From contig JAWKIW010000002.1 in the NCBI GenBank assembly GCA_041394145.1, positions 379,252-443,251 on the forward strand: a stretch of DNA of 64,000 nt, given 5' to 3'. The notes under the pieces were generated by a model, which was not told the origin of the DNA, ran no database searches, and saw nothing but the letters and a program-made list of their open reading frames with translations. Below, piece by piece: positions 20,608-30,727 of this stretch; within the stretch, counting starts at the first letter, position 1, and each line of letters opens with the position of its first letter. Position numbers and translations under genes: made by a program. The DNA is from Acidimicrobiales bacterium. Lineage in GTDB: Bacteria > Actinomycetota > Acidimicrobiia > Acidimicrobiales > Acidimicrobilacustridaceae.

Positions 20608-21651
20608 ATGAACCAGTTCCCGTGTTTGATCCGTTCGTCGTCGCCCGGTGGGGAGGCCCGCTTCGCCCTGGGTGATCCGCTCGTGGACGCCTACCTCGAG
20701 TTCGTCGCGGGCCGGGCCCGACCGAACACGTTGCGGGCGGTCGCCCATGACTTGAAGACGTTCTTCACGGTGATCGACAAGGCGCCCGCGGCGGTGGTCA
20801 CCGCCGATGTGTTCGACTTCCTCGCTGACCAACGTGGTGACCGCACCGTGATCCGTCTGTCTGATCGCGAGTCGGGGTTGTCGGCTCGCACGATCGCCCG
20901 GCGGTTGTCGTCGGTGTCGGGCTTGTACGCGTATCTGATCGCTCGGGGCGACACCGGCGTGGACACCAACCCGGTGCCGCGTGGCCTGTCGACCCGGCGG
21001 CGAGGCGGACGCACCCAGATCGTGCCCCTGGTGCGGGTGCCGCGCACCCTGCCCAAGATCTTGTCGCCCGCCGAGGTGAACGCACTGGTGGGTGCGCTGC
21101 GCACCCACCGGGACCGGGCGATGGTGTTCGCGATGGTGCTGGGAGGACTGCGCCGCTGCGAGGTCCTCGGTCTGCGCCTGGCCGACATCCGCGTGCCGGA
21201 CCGGTCGGTGTTCATCGCCGAAGGCAAGGGCGGCCACCAACGCATCGTGCCGATCAGCAACCCGTTCTTCGCGGCGGTCGGCCACTACCTGCGCTCGGAA
21301 CGACCCGCGGTGGACACCGACCGCGTCTTCGTCACCTTGAAGGGCCCCACCCGGGGGCACCCGATGACCCCCGACGGCATCGACAAGATCCTCCAGGCTG
21401 CCCGCCGACGCGGCGGGCTGGAACGGGCGACGTGTCACCAGCTGCGCCACACCTGCCTGACCCGCCTGCGCGAAGCCGGCATGGCCCTCGAAGCGGTCCA
21501 GGCCCAGGCCGGGCACGTCTCGATCGAGTCGACCCGGATCTACCTGCACCTCACCAACGACTGGCTCGCCAACGAATACCGGCGGGCCAGCGAACGCATC
21601 GACGCCGACCACACCGCCGAGCTCCTCGAGGCTCAGGAGATCAACCGATGA
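20608..21651 (+). CDS. tyrosine recombinase (XerC/D-like integrase), intact
   Basis: 347 aa. Catalytic-domain motifs present: LRRCEVLGLRLADI, HQLRHTCLTRLREAGMALEAVQAQAGHVSIESTRIYLH (the Y is the nucleophile). Confidence 0.85.
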   Translation: MNQFPCLIRSSSPGGEARFALGDPLVDAYLEFVAGRARPNTLRAVAHDLKTFFTVIDKAPAAVVTADVFDFLADQRGDRTVIRLSDRESGLSARTIARRLSSVSGLYAYLIARGDTGVDTNPVPRGLSTRRRGGRTQIVPLVRVPRTLPKILSPAEVNALVGALRTHRDRAMVFAMVLGGLRRCEVLGLRLADIRVPDRSVFIAEGKGGHQRIVPISNPFFAAVGHYLRSERPAVDTDRVFVTLKGPTRGHPMTPDGIDKILQAARRRGGLERATCHQLRHTCLTRLREAGMALEAVQAQAGHVSIESTRIYLHLTNDWLANEYRRASERIDADHTAELLEAQEINR

Positions 21652-22930
21652 CTGCCCTTGCTGCGGTCCCCGAACCTGCCACACCGAGCACCCAAGCCGA
21701 CCGCGACTGGGCCGAGCTGTCCGCCACTGCCCCCCAGCTGACCTCGACGATGCGCCGCTACCTGATCCAGCTCGGCACCTTCCTCGCGCCCCGCAGCGTC
21801 GACGTCGCCGACTCGACACTGCGCCCGTTCGCACGCTGGCTCACCACCACCACCGACGTCCGCGTCGTCGCTGGCATCGAACGCCACCACATCGAGGACT
21901 ACAAGGTGTGGCTCGCCGCCCGACCCGGCGCCCGCCCCGGCACCACCCTCGCCAAGAACACCCAACGCCAACGGCTGCGCACGATCCGGATCTTCCTCGA
22001 ACGCCTCATCGAATGGGACTGGCCCGACGCCCCCGGTCGGAACCCGATCCTGCACGGTGACATCCCACCGCGCCCCGAACCGCTCCCCAAGTTCCTCAAC
22101 GACCAAGACGCCGCCAAGTTCATGGCCGCCGCCCGCGCCCACCCCCTCCCGCGCTACCGCCTCGTCGCCGAAATGCTCGCCCGCACCGGCATGCGCGTCA
22201 GCGAGCTGTGCGACCTCACCGCCGATGCCGTCACCCGCATCGGTGACGCCCACTGGCTCCGCATCCCCGTCGGCAAGCTCCGCAACGACCGGTTCATCCC
22301 CCTGCACCCCGACCTCACCCTCGCCGACTGGACCGCCACCAACGCCAACCACATCCGCTCTACAACCGGCTCCTCGCCGACCACCACAAACCCTCGACCG
22401 GCGCACCGCCTACCGCATCGTCGCGGCCCGTCGGCCGCACCGCCGGCATCCACGTGCACCCCCACCAGCTCCGCCACACCCTCGCCACCCAAGCCATCAA
22501 CCGCGGCATGCGCCTCGAAGCCATCGCCGCGCTCCTCGGCCACCGCTCCCTGGAGATGACCCTCGTCTACGCCCGCATCGCCGACCGCGTCGTCGCCGAC
22601 GAATACGCCTCGGTCTGCCAACAGATCGACGCCCTCTACAACACCGCCGCCACCCCCAGCGCCCTGCCCGCCGACATCGAAACCGCCGCCATGACCCGAC
22701 TACGCGAACAAGCCCACGCCCGCATGCTCGGCAACGGACTCTGCACCCGCCCCGCCGAACTCGAATGCCGCATGGAAACCATCTGCGAGACCTGCGCCTA
22801 CTTCACCACCGGCCCCGAGTTCGTCCCCGTCCTCCTCCGCCAACGAGACCACGCCCGCCACCACCACCAACCCGACCGCGCCACCCTCTACGACCAGCTC
22901 CTCGACCAAGCCGCCAAGGACACCCCTTGA
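21648..22930 (+). CDS. second tyrosine recombinase, start overlaps upstream stop (ATGA); apparent frameshifts at ~22.35-22.44 kb
   Basis: ARTGMRVSELCDL, GKLRNDRFIPLHP, then RTAYRIVAA / GRTAGIHVHPHQLRHTLATQAINRGMRLEAIAALLGHRSLEMTLVYARI in other frames. Confidence 0.7.
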
Positions 22931-23086
22931 CACCGATACTGCGTATAACGCCGGCTCGGCTCCAACCTGCCGCCGGCGAGCAGTCCGGCCCCTGTTGGAC
23001 GCGACTCGGCCGTTGACCAGCGGTGTTGTGCCCGAGGGGCCATCATCCCTCAGGTGGGCACCCACTGAGTCGCGTACATTCTGCCT

Positions 23087-23719
23087 ATGCGCCGATCTGC
23101 TTGGCGGAGGGGGTTGCTCGCCGGGGGCATCGTCTTCGTCGCCACGACGGCGGTCTCGACGAGCTACCTCTACTGGTCGTTCCAGTCAGGGCGCACCATT
23201 CGCGCGCCGCGACCGTTCACGGCGTGGTTGTACGAGGGCGCGCTCAACGGGGTCATGGTCGGAGCGGTTGTCGGTGTCGCCGTGGCGGCCGCCGTCTACC
23301 TGCTCAATGTCCGAGATGACGCTAATCAGGTCGACGTTTGCGCACGCGGTGCTCCGGACGGTCTTCTACACGATGGCCATTCGCTTCGTCCGCGGCTCTT
23401 TCCGCGGCAATCGTGGCCAGTGTTGGCGGTGGTGCTGGTCGTGATCGTTGTCGTGTCTGCTTCGATCGCCGCAGTCGGGGTTCGCTCCGACGACGAGCTG
23501 GACAGCAAGGGTTCCGTGGTCCAGTTCGTTGTCGGAGCTATCTACGCGACCTACATCGCGGTCTATGCCGCCTTCTGTGTGTCTGTCGTGGGCATCGTGC
23601 TTTTGCTCATCCGGTGGACGGTTCTGACCCGACGATGGACCGACGCCGAGCGTCTGAACGCTCCACTCTCGCTTCGGGAGGCGCGGACTGGACTCGACGG
23701 AGCGTCCGACACCCAATGA
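23087..23719 (+). CDS. hypothetical integral membrane protein (4 predicted TM)
   Basis: Hydrophobic segments GGIVFVATTAVSTSYLYW, GVMVGAVVGVAVAAAVYLL, LAVVLVVIVVVSASIAAVG and VYAAFCVSVVGIVLLLI. Confidence 0.55.
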   Translation: MRRSAWRRGLLAGGIVFVATTAVSTSYLYWSFQSGRTIRAPRPFTAWLYEGALNGVMVGAVVGVAVAAAVYLLNVRDDANQVDVCARGAPDGLLHDGHSLRPRLFPRQSWPVLAVVLVVIVVVSASIAAVGVRSDDELDSKGSVVQFVVGAIYATYIAVYAAFCVSVVGIVLLLIRWTVLTRRWTDAERLNAPLSLREARTGLDGASDTQ

Positions 23720-23815
23720 CGATCCGTAGGCAGCGAACGAGTCCGAGCGCCGCCATCGAGCGCGGCAGAACGCCGGCAGGGCGCAACGTGAGAGCTCGCG
23801 TGCGTGCGCCGCGGA

Positions 23816-24073
23816 CTAGCCCTGTCCCATGACAAGCGCAGCGATCGCCAAGGCCGCCGTCGTCGCCCAGGCGCCCCCGACGAGCAACGTGCACGCCCAC
23901 CGGTAGAACGGCCACCGGTTCTCGCGCCACTCGTTGTCGTAGATGTCCCGGTTCGCCTTCCGACTCCAGTAGATCCACCGCGGGCTGAAGTACCAGCTCA
24001 CCGCGCTCAGCGTGAGCAACGACGCCATGAACCCGGCGAACATGGCGGCGGCGCCGAGGTCGACGTCCAACAT
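23816..24073 (-). CDS. small membrane protein (hypothetical)
   Basis: MLDVDLGAAAMFAGFMASLLTLSAVSWYF...WACTLLVGGAWATTAALAIAALV, with two TM helices. The longer ORF upstream is an Arg-rich extension. Confidence 0.35.
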   Translation of the reverse strand: MLDVDLGAAAMFAGFMASLLTLSAVSWYFSPRWIYWSRKANRDIYDNEWRENRWPFYRWACTLLVGGAWATTAALAIAALVMGQG

Positions 24074-25007
24074 GGCGCAAAGGACCACGATGGGGCTCAC
24101 CAGCAGTGTGAGCAGCACCACGGCCGAGACAACCGTGCGACCAAGGCAGGCGTCCGATGCCTTACCCGAATACCTGCTGGCGGCGCGCGGCCACCGCCGA
24201 GGGCCACCCCGGAGGCGCCAGCGCCGACGCCGCCGCCTCGACATCCAACGGGCGGAACGCCGCTGCGACCGTCAGCTCGGCGCAACAGCCACCATCGGCC
24301 AACCGGACGCCCGGGCGAACACGACCGCCAGGCACGGGAACGAATCGTGCCGGTGACCGATAGTCGAACTGCTCGATCGGCTGAGCATCAAGTGCAGTCA
24401 CCACGTGTTCGTCGTGTCCGACGACGACCTGCAGCATCCCGTCTGGCTCGACCAGAAGCTCAGCCGGCTCGAAACGCCAGCCACACCGTTCACCGTCCCG
24501 CACAGACGCGGGGACGGCGAGTCGTCGGCCACCCCGGTGGACCGGCGACGACGCCGAGCCACCTTCGGGCGACACGCTCTCCGTGCAACCGGTCCAGGTC
24601 CCCGCTCGACATCGCCACAGCGGGAGAGCGACGAGGTGGTACCAGGGCAGACGATCTTCTTCGCCCCCGGCCGCTGACATGTCGCGACCATACGACCGAA
24701 CGCAGGTGCGGAAACGACGTGGCCCGGAGAGTCGAGTCGTGGGCCCGAATCTCGGGCCGCGCCGCGGCTGCGACGCCGCTGCACCTGGGCAGGCTCCGGC
24801 GGAAGCCAGAGGCTCACGATTGAAGAGCGCCCCAGAACACCCCACCGATGTATCCCCGATCATCAGCCCGCGATCATGCCGATCGCCGGCTCGGCGTGGC
24901 CTTGAGGGGTCTGGCCCCCCAAAAGGCACGAGGGATGAGGGTGAATGCCACCAGCTGCCGTCAGCCCAGGATCGCCCAGTCGTTCGCCTGCGATAGCGTG
25001 GAATCGA

Positions 25008-25170
25008 GATGTCGAGCGAGCTGATCCAGCCCAGCCATGACGACAGCTTGGAGCTGCCCGTCGAGCTGCTGCTGCGTCGCGCACGGCCGCTGCCACCCCA
25101 CGAGGAGATGGTGATCGACGATCTCACCAGCGAAGAGGGTGACGCCTTCCTCGCCGCGCTACGACAGTGA
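25008..25170 (+). CDS. vapB: antitoxin of VapBC-type TA pair (54 aa)
   Basis: MSSELIQPSHDDSLELPVELLLRRARPLPPHEEMVIDDLTSEEGDAFLAALRQ. Its stop overlaps the toxin start (GTGA). Confidence 0.6.
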
Positions 25171-25601
25171 CGCCGCCTACCGGCCGCAGCGCCGTCGTCA
25201 TCGACATCGATGTCTTCGGAGCGGATCTCGTACCCAGTTCTGCTCTGGCAGGGCGATACGAGCCGCTGATCGTCGGACGGCCGGCGTTCATCTCCTTCCA
25301 GACCGCCGCTGAGCTGCGCTATGGAGCCATGCTCCGCAGCTGGGGCGACGCACGCTTGCTGAAGCTCGAAGCGAGGATCGCCGCAGCCGAGGTCGTGCAC
25401 ACCGGCCCAGATCTGATCGAGGTCTACGCGCGACTCCGGGTGGCATGCCAGCGCGCAGGCCACGGCCTGTCCCAGCGCGAACACGACGCAGACCGCTGGA
25501 TCGCTGCAACCGCAATCCGGCTCGGTCTCCCCCTCGTGTCGAACGACACGATCTTCGAGGGCGTGCCGGGACTCGTCCTGGAGTCCGCCCACGACGAATA
25601 G
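25167..25601 (+). CDS. vapC: PIN-domain ribonuclease toxin VapC
   Basis: VIDIDVF...D, AAELRYG, EVYARLRV, D.WIAATAIRLGLPLVSNDTIFEGVPGL: conserved acidic PIN residues in canonical order. Confidence 0.8.
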   Translation: MTPPTGRSAVVIDIDVFGADLVPSSALAGRYEPLIVGRPAFISFQTAAELRYGAMLRSWGDARLLKLEARIAAAEVVHTGPDLIEVYARLRVACQRAGHGLSQREHDADRWIAATAIRLGLPLVSNDTIFEGVPGLVLESAHDE

Positions 25602-25832
25602 GGCGCCACCCCAACCGACGCCTATCCCAGATCAGCAGATCAGCGCGAACGCCGGCCGCGTCCCTGATCGCCGGCTCCGCCAATGCGCTTCCCATGGCGC
25701 ACTGCGGTCGCCCGCCGGTGAGTCACCCGGAGCGGGCGGCGAGCCGGACCGGTCGCCGGGATCCGCGGGCCGGTCCGTCGACCATGGGCGCGGGATAGGG
25801 TCACGTCGGTTCGGCGGACGAGAAGCCGGGAG

Positions 25833-27014
25833 GTGGGGGCGGTGGCGCTCGACGACACATACGCGCCGGTGGACAGCGTCGATCGGGAGGCGGCACGCAC
25901 CGCGGTGAGGGACCTGACGGTTGCGATGATCGACCACTTCGTGGACGGTTCTGCCAACGTTGCGTGCTCGGGGCTGGGGCTGTGGAACGTCGTTGCGGTG
26001 CTGGCGTCGGGAGCCGACGGTGCGACCGCCGACGAGTTGGCGTCGCTGATCGGGGTGAGCGCGGACCGCGCCGCCGCCGCGGTAACGGGCCTCGACACCG
26101 ACGTGGACGCCGTCGACGGGGTGGCCCACGCTCTGGGGATGTGGAGCCAGGTGCCCACCTACCGGGCCTGGCGCGAGGAGCTGCCGACGATCGGGGTCGC
26201 CCACCTCGGCGACGACACCGACCTGGCCGCCTGGGTCGCCGACCACACCGGCGGCGCCATCCCCGGCTTCGACCTCACGATCCCATCCGACGCCCTGCTG
26301 GTGCTCGCCGACCTGATCCGGGTGAAGGTCACCTGGGCCGACGCCTTCCCCAAGGACAGCACCCGCCACCGGGCCTTCCGGGCTCCCGGCGGCGACGCGG
26401 ACGTGTCGACCATGACCAAGACCGACGCCACCGACTGCCTGGCGGTGGTGGGACGCACGCTCACCTACGACGTGCCCACCACCGCCGGAGAGGGCCCGGC
26501 GACGGTGATGCGCTTCGCCATCGGTGCCGCCGATGCCTCACCCGCCGAGGTCATCGGCGACATCATCGCCCCGCACCAGCGACGGCGACCCCTGTCGGCG
26601 TGCACCTGGTCGGACCTGCCCGACGACGCCACCACCGACAGCGATCTCCCGCCGGGCTCCTTCGGCCGGTTCACGGTGTTCCTCCCCAAGTTCGCCACGA
26701 CGACCAGCCTCGACCTGCTCAGCCTCCTCGACGTCCTCGGTGCTCGCCGCTGCCAGACCGACCAGGCTGGGTTCACGCGCATGTCCCCCGAGCCACTCAT
26801 GGTCGAGCAAGCGCTGCAGGACAGTGAGGTGAAGCTCGACGAGGCCGGCGTCGAGGCCACGGTCGTCACCCGCTCGTCCATGGTCACCACCGGTAGGTAC
26901 AAGAGTCCGGACCTCGAGGTCTTCTTCGACCGACCCTTCGGCTACGCCCTGGTCACCGAAGATACCGGCCTGCCCCTCTTCGCTGGTTGGGTCGCCGACC
27001 CCACCGTCACCTGA
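25833..27014 (+). CDS. serpin (serine protease inhibitor family)
   Basis: Hinge/RCL EAGVEATVVTRSSMVTTGRY and FDRPFGYALV, plus N-terminal FVDGSANVACSGLGLWNVVAVLASGADGATADELASL: serpin shutter and breach motifs. Confidence 0.75.
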   Translation: MGAVALDDTYAPVDSVDREAARTAVRDLTVAMIDHFVDGSANVACSGLGLWNVVAVLASGADGATADELASLIGVSADRAAAAVTGLDTDVDAVDGVAHALGMWSQVPTYRAWREELPTIGVAHLGDDTDLAAWVADHTGGAIPGFDLTIPSDALLVLADLIRVKVTWADAFPKDSTRHRAFRAPGGDADVSTMTKTDATDCLAVVGRTLTYDVPTTAGEGPATVMRFAIGAADASPAEVIGDIIAPHQRRRPLSACTWSDLPDDATTDSDLPPGSFGRFTVFLPKFATTTSLDLLSLLDVLGARRCQTDQAGFTRMSPEPLMVEQALQDSEVKLDEAGVEATVVTRSSMVTTGRYKSPDLEVFFDRPFGYALVTEDTGLPLFAGWVADPTVT

Positions 27015-27164
27015 TGGTGACGCCGCACCGTGTAGCGGGGCACCCAGGTTGCGTGCGGTCGATGGCCGGCCGAGGGCGGCGTGCTTCGGTCCACCGGTGC
27101 GATGTCCAGAGGCCGCTCGTGGGTGGAAGGTGACGGCTCGCCGGCTCGACCTCGGTGGCGTCGT

Positions 27165-28493
27165 TCAACCGGATGAGGTGTCGTCGTGGTCGCTCGGCCC
27201 GTTGCCGTGAGGGAGCTCGTCAACGACGGCGGGTCGAAGGTTGTTCTCCTTGATGAAGCGCAGTCGCTGTTGCGCTCGTTGTCGCGCCATGACGCGGTCT
27301 TGGCCGTGTTCGACGGCGGCAACCCCTGCAGAGAAGGTGACCGGCCGTCCCGCTATCAGGCGTCGATGGTGGTGGTCGTCGAGAAGAGCGCGCAGCCGCC
27401 GGGTGAGCTCGTGCTCGTCGAGGTTGGGGACAGCCACGACGAACTCGTCGCCGCCCCAGCGGCCGACCTGACCTTCGGGGTCGACGTCGCCCAGCAGGCG
27501 CGCCACGGTGCACAGGGCCTGGTCGCCGGCGTCGTAGTTGTCCGCCGTGGCGTTGAAGCCGCGCAGGTCGTCGAGATCGACGAACGCCACCGCGAACGGG
27601 ACAGGCAAAGCGTTGAGCGCCCGTTCGGTCCCGACGCGGTTCAACACGCCGGTGAGCCCATCGTGGTCGGCGCGTTCCTCCGCGTCGGACAGTCGACGCC
27701 TGAGATCCCGGATCTCGGCCTGCGTGCCCCGCACCGAGACCCCGGCGGTGGCTTCGAGGTGCTCGAGGCGCTGCACCAGCGGCACGAGGCGCTCCCAACG
27801 GGCGTCACTTCGGGCGGCCCACAAAGCGTTGGCATGGGTCGGTGACGGCCCCGCCCGCGGCGTGACCTGCAGCTCGATCGCCACGCAACGGTCCCCGAGG
27901 TCGACGTCGCCACCGCAACCGGCACGGATGCGGCGAGCCAACTGGGTGACGCCGTCGGCGGGCAGCCGGTCGACGAGCACGGCCAGCTCGCTGGGGCCCA
28001 CCCGACCGACGGTGACCGCGTCGGCGACGGTGGCATGCAGGCGGCGGGCCAGCTCGTCGAGGACACGGTCACCCACCTCGCGGCCCACATCCCGGTTGAG
28101 GTGGCGCAACCCGACCAGGTTCACCAGCGCCACCCCGTACGACAGCCGGGTCCCGGCCGATCGGGCCCGCCCGTCGACCTCGGCCAGCCGCTGGAGGAAC
28201 ACGACCTCGGAATCCCACGGCTCATCGCCCCGCGCCACTCCGACAGTATTGCCCTCGCTCCAAGCCCGCACCGAGGCGACCGACGAAGTGTCAACGGCTG
28301 CTCCCCGAACGCCGGCTATGTGCGCGACAACTACGGCGAGCTCCACGTCTGGTTCGCACGGTGGTGCGTCGTAGCTGTCCGAGACGTGAACCTGGCCCGG
28401 GACTCGGTGGCCTCGTGGTCCGTAGCGTTCCCGACGGCGACCTCCCTGACATCGCCGACTGCTGGCCGACGTGGCCGACCAGGCGCAACGCAC
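27165..28493 (-). CDS. diguanylate cyclase: degenerate N-terminal GGDEF-like domain + coiled coil + canonical GGDEF domain
   Basis: C-terminal domain DGLTGVLNRVGTERAL...VAFVDLDDLRGFNATADNYDAGDQAL...GRWGGDEFVVAV. N-terminal region SYGVALVNLVGLRHLNRDVGREVGDRVLDELARRL lacks GGDEF. GTG start 12 bp after upstream stop. Confidence 0.75.
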   Translation of the reverse strand: MRCAWSATSASSRRCQGGRRRERYGPRGHRVPGQVHVSDSYDAPPCEPDVELAVVVAHIAGVRGAAVDTSSVASVRAWSEGNTVGVARGDEPWDSEVVFLQRLAEVDGRARSAGTRLSYGVALVNLVGLRHLNRDVGREVGDRVLDELARRLHATVADAVTVGRVGPSELAVLVDRLPADGVTQLARRIRAGCGGDVDLGDRCVAIELQVTPRAGPSPTHANALWAARSDARWERLVPLVQRLEHLEATAGVSVRGTQAEIRDLRRRLSDAEERADHDGLTGVLNRVGTERALNALPVPFAVAFVDLDDLRGFNATADNYDAGDQALCTVARLLGDVDPEGQVGRWGGDEFVVAVPNLDEHELTRRLRALLDDHHHRRLIAGRPVTFSAGVAAVEHGQDRVMARQRAQQRLRFIKENNLRPAVVDELPHGNGPSDHDDTSSG

Positions 28494-28508
28494 CTCGCCG
28501 GGCAGGTG

Positions 28509-29074
28509 TCAGTTGAGGCGGTAGCGGGTGGTGCCGTCGCTGATGAGGTCGTGGCCGGGCTCGTCGTTGAACCGGGCGTAGAAGGCGTCGTCGTAGGCCG
28601 CGACAGCGCCGTCCCAGCCGTCGGGTTCGGCGGCGGTAACGCCGGCGCACACGTGGACGTCGGTGAGGAGCGGGTCGAAGTCCGGGAGTGCCCGGATGCG
28701 GGCGGCGGTGGCAGCGACGGCGTCGGCGAGCGTCGGGGCGTCGATCGTGTAGCCGCAGGTCGCCCACCCGGAGAAGATGATGAGGCGTCCGTCGCCGCCC
28801 AGATTCGCGTCCGGTCCGTCGCCGGCGACACTGGGTTCGGTGTCACTACTGGTGTCGCCGTACGGGTCGTGGTTGACGATGGAGTCCCGCCACCAAGGCA
28901 GGATGAACCACCCGTACGGCGGGCGGGGTGCTGGCCGGCACCCGGCGGCCAGCGCGCCGAACAGCGTGTACTTCTGGTGTGGTCCCAGCGCCGGTGGCTG
29001 CCGCCGTGGTCGTACTCGAGGGTCGCTTTCGCGAACGGGTCCGGGATGCCGGTGACGACCAGGTAGGTGGCCAT
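28509..29074 (-). CDS. hypothetical protein with one apparent frameshift near 28.99 kb
   Basis: MATYLVVTGIPDPFAKATLEYDHGG, then in another frame KYTLFGALAAGC...WWRDSIVNHDPYGD...GRLIIFSGWATCGYTIDAPTLADAVAATAARIRALPDFDPLLTDVHVCAG...YDDAFYARFNDEPGHDLISDGTTRYRLN-stop. Not in ORF track because of the frame change. Confidence 0.45.
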
Positions 29075-29282
29075 GTCGTCCACATTCTTGCCGACCCCCA
29101 CCGACTGACTTGACACCGGGTCCGGCGAGGTGCCGTGCCCGGGGGCCTTGCGGTTTGGTCTGGTGTGAGGTCGACCACTGTGGCCGGGTTCGTCACCGCC
29201 ACGTTGATCTGGTGTGCACCTCGAGCGCCGCCCCGAGGAATGTCCGACAAACGCCGGCGACATCGGTTCACCACTCGCCGCG

Positions 29283-29408
29283 ATGGAAAGCGACTGGAAA
29301 ATGGCATTCGGCGAGCTTGAGGCTCTCACCAGGGCGATCAACAAGCGCGCTCAGTACCTGACTGCGTGCCGAGTGCGTGTGGCGAAGGCGGACGACCGGG
29401 GGATCTGA
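29283..29408 (+). CDS. small ORF (41 aa), hypothetical
   Basis: MESDWKMAFGELEALTRAINKRAQYLTACRVRVAKADDRGI. Sits in a lower-GC stretch. Confidence 0.2.
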   Translation: MESDWKMAFGELEALTRAINKRAQYLTACRVRVAKADDRGI

Positions 29409-30490
29409 TCACGATCCATGGTCATGTCGACGAGTTGTGGGAGGTATTCTCGGCCTGCTCTCGCCGGAGCGAGCCGCGGTTCGCCAAGTGCCGTGGTGCG
29501 CTACTCGTTGACATGCTCATGTCGAGGACGGCTTTCAAGCGCAGCCGATCGCCAGGTAGGTCCGGCTTGCGGGTCTATCCCAGATCGCCGGCCTGGTTGA
29601 TGCGCTCGACGAAGCAGTGCCGGCGAGTGGGCTCATCGGCGAGACTGGCTCATGGCATTCGGACAAACAGGGCGGGTCCACCCGCGACTTCCCGACAGAC
29701 AAAGGAGTTGCTCGATCTCTACGTACGCGGGACACAGCGATTTCCGAGACGCTCGTTGGCCCGATGGGGTTCACGCAATGCCAGGCCGCCGGTAGGTTCA
29801 CCCGAGACGAGGCCGACGCGCCCATCACACACCAACTTCGCGACGCGGCCGATGCCGCGGAGGAGGGTGTGGGCGAATCCGACGCACACGCGCCTGATCG
29901 GCTTCGCTCTGCGGCGGAGCAAGACCGAGTTGGCCTCACCAAGGTTCCGGACGGGGTTGCCTGCGGCGGAACTGCAACGGCGTGGGTGGATCGTCGTCGA
30001 ACCTGGAGTGAGCAGCAGCGTCCCATAACACCTACAGCGCTCAGAAACAACGTACCCGCTGCCCCTGAACGCCGGCTCCGCCGCGACGTTGCTGTCTGGC
30101 GCCGGGACGGCGCGGCCGTAGATCGGGCGGCTCGTCCGGCGGCCGTTGACGGTGGTGGGCTACGAGGACATACGGGCCGTGGGCCGTCGGCGAGCGATGC
30201 ACGCCGCTTCTTCCACGTCGGCCATAACGGGTGACCGTCCTGAACGCCTCCCGGCAGACGTCTCGGATGGCCTGACGCGGAGAGCCGGGACTCGTCGGGT
30301 CGCGCGACGGTTCGGGCGTCCAGCAAGGGGTTTGAGGGTGAGCCCTGTTCCGCCCGTCCCGGTCTGACTGATTCCACGACCGAGATGTGGAGACCGTCGC
30401 TGAGTTCGGGGTGGGTCTGAATAGGTAGAGCCGTGTCGTCCGTGGCTGCGTCGTGTGCCCGGGCGTCCGAACCCGTCAGGAGAACCCCTC

Positions 30491-30727
30491 ATGGACATCG
30501 ACTCCCTGCCCGACATGCTCCGGGTCGACGAGGCTGCGGCGGTGCTGCGGATCAGTCGCAGCCGGGCCTATGAGGAGGTCGCGGCGTTCCAGCGCACGGG
30601 CGGTGTCGAGGGCTTAGCGTCGATCCGCATCGGTCGCACGCTGCGGGTCCTCGAAGCGGGCGCTGCTGGCGTGGATCGAGGCGCAGCTTGGCGGCCCGAG
30701 CGCTGCGTGACCGTCGCCGGCTCGTGA
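30491..30727 (+). CDS. xis: excisionase / MerR-like HTH DNA-binding protein (Xis family); indel near 30645 (canonical reading ends 30710)
   Basis: MDIDSLPDMLRVDEAAAVLRISRSRAYEEVAAFQRTGGVEGLASIRIGRTLRV. In the +1 frame PSKRALLAWIEAQLGGPSAA-stop is the canonical excisionase tail. Confidence 0.7.
   Translation: MDIDSLPDMLRVDEAAAVLRISRSRAYEEVAAFQRTGGVEGLASIRIGRTLRVLEAGAAGVDRGAAWRPERCVTVAGS

Noticed and set aside
15321-22930. Canonical recombinase-in-trio (RIT) element
   Set aside because: Only two recombinases are adjacent. The third is 4.5 kb away, truncated and separated by unrelated genes, so a classical RIT structure is not supported.
24162-25592. 476-aa minus-strand ORF
   Set aside because: Antisense to the vapBC operon, whose PIN motifs are clear. 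Composition is Arg/Ser/Gly-biased.
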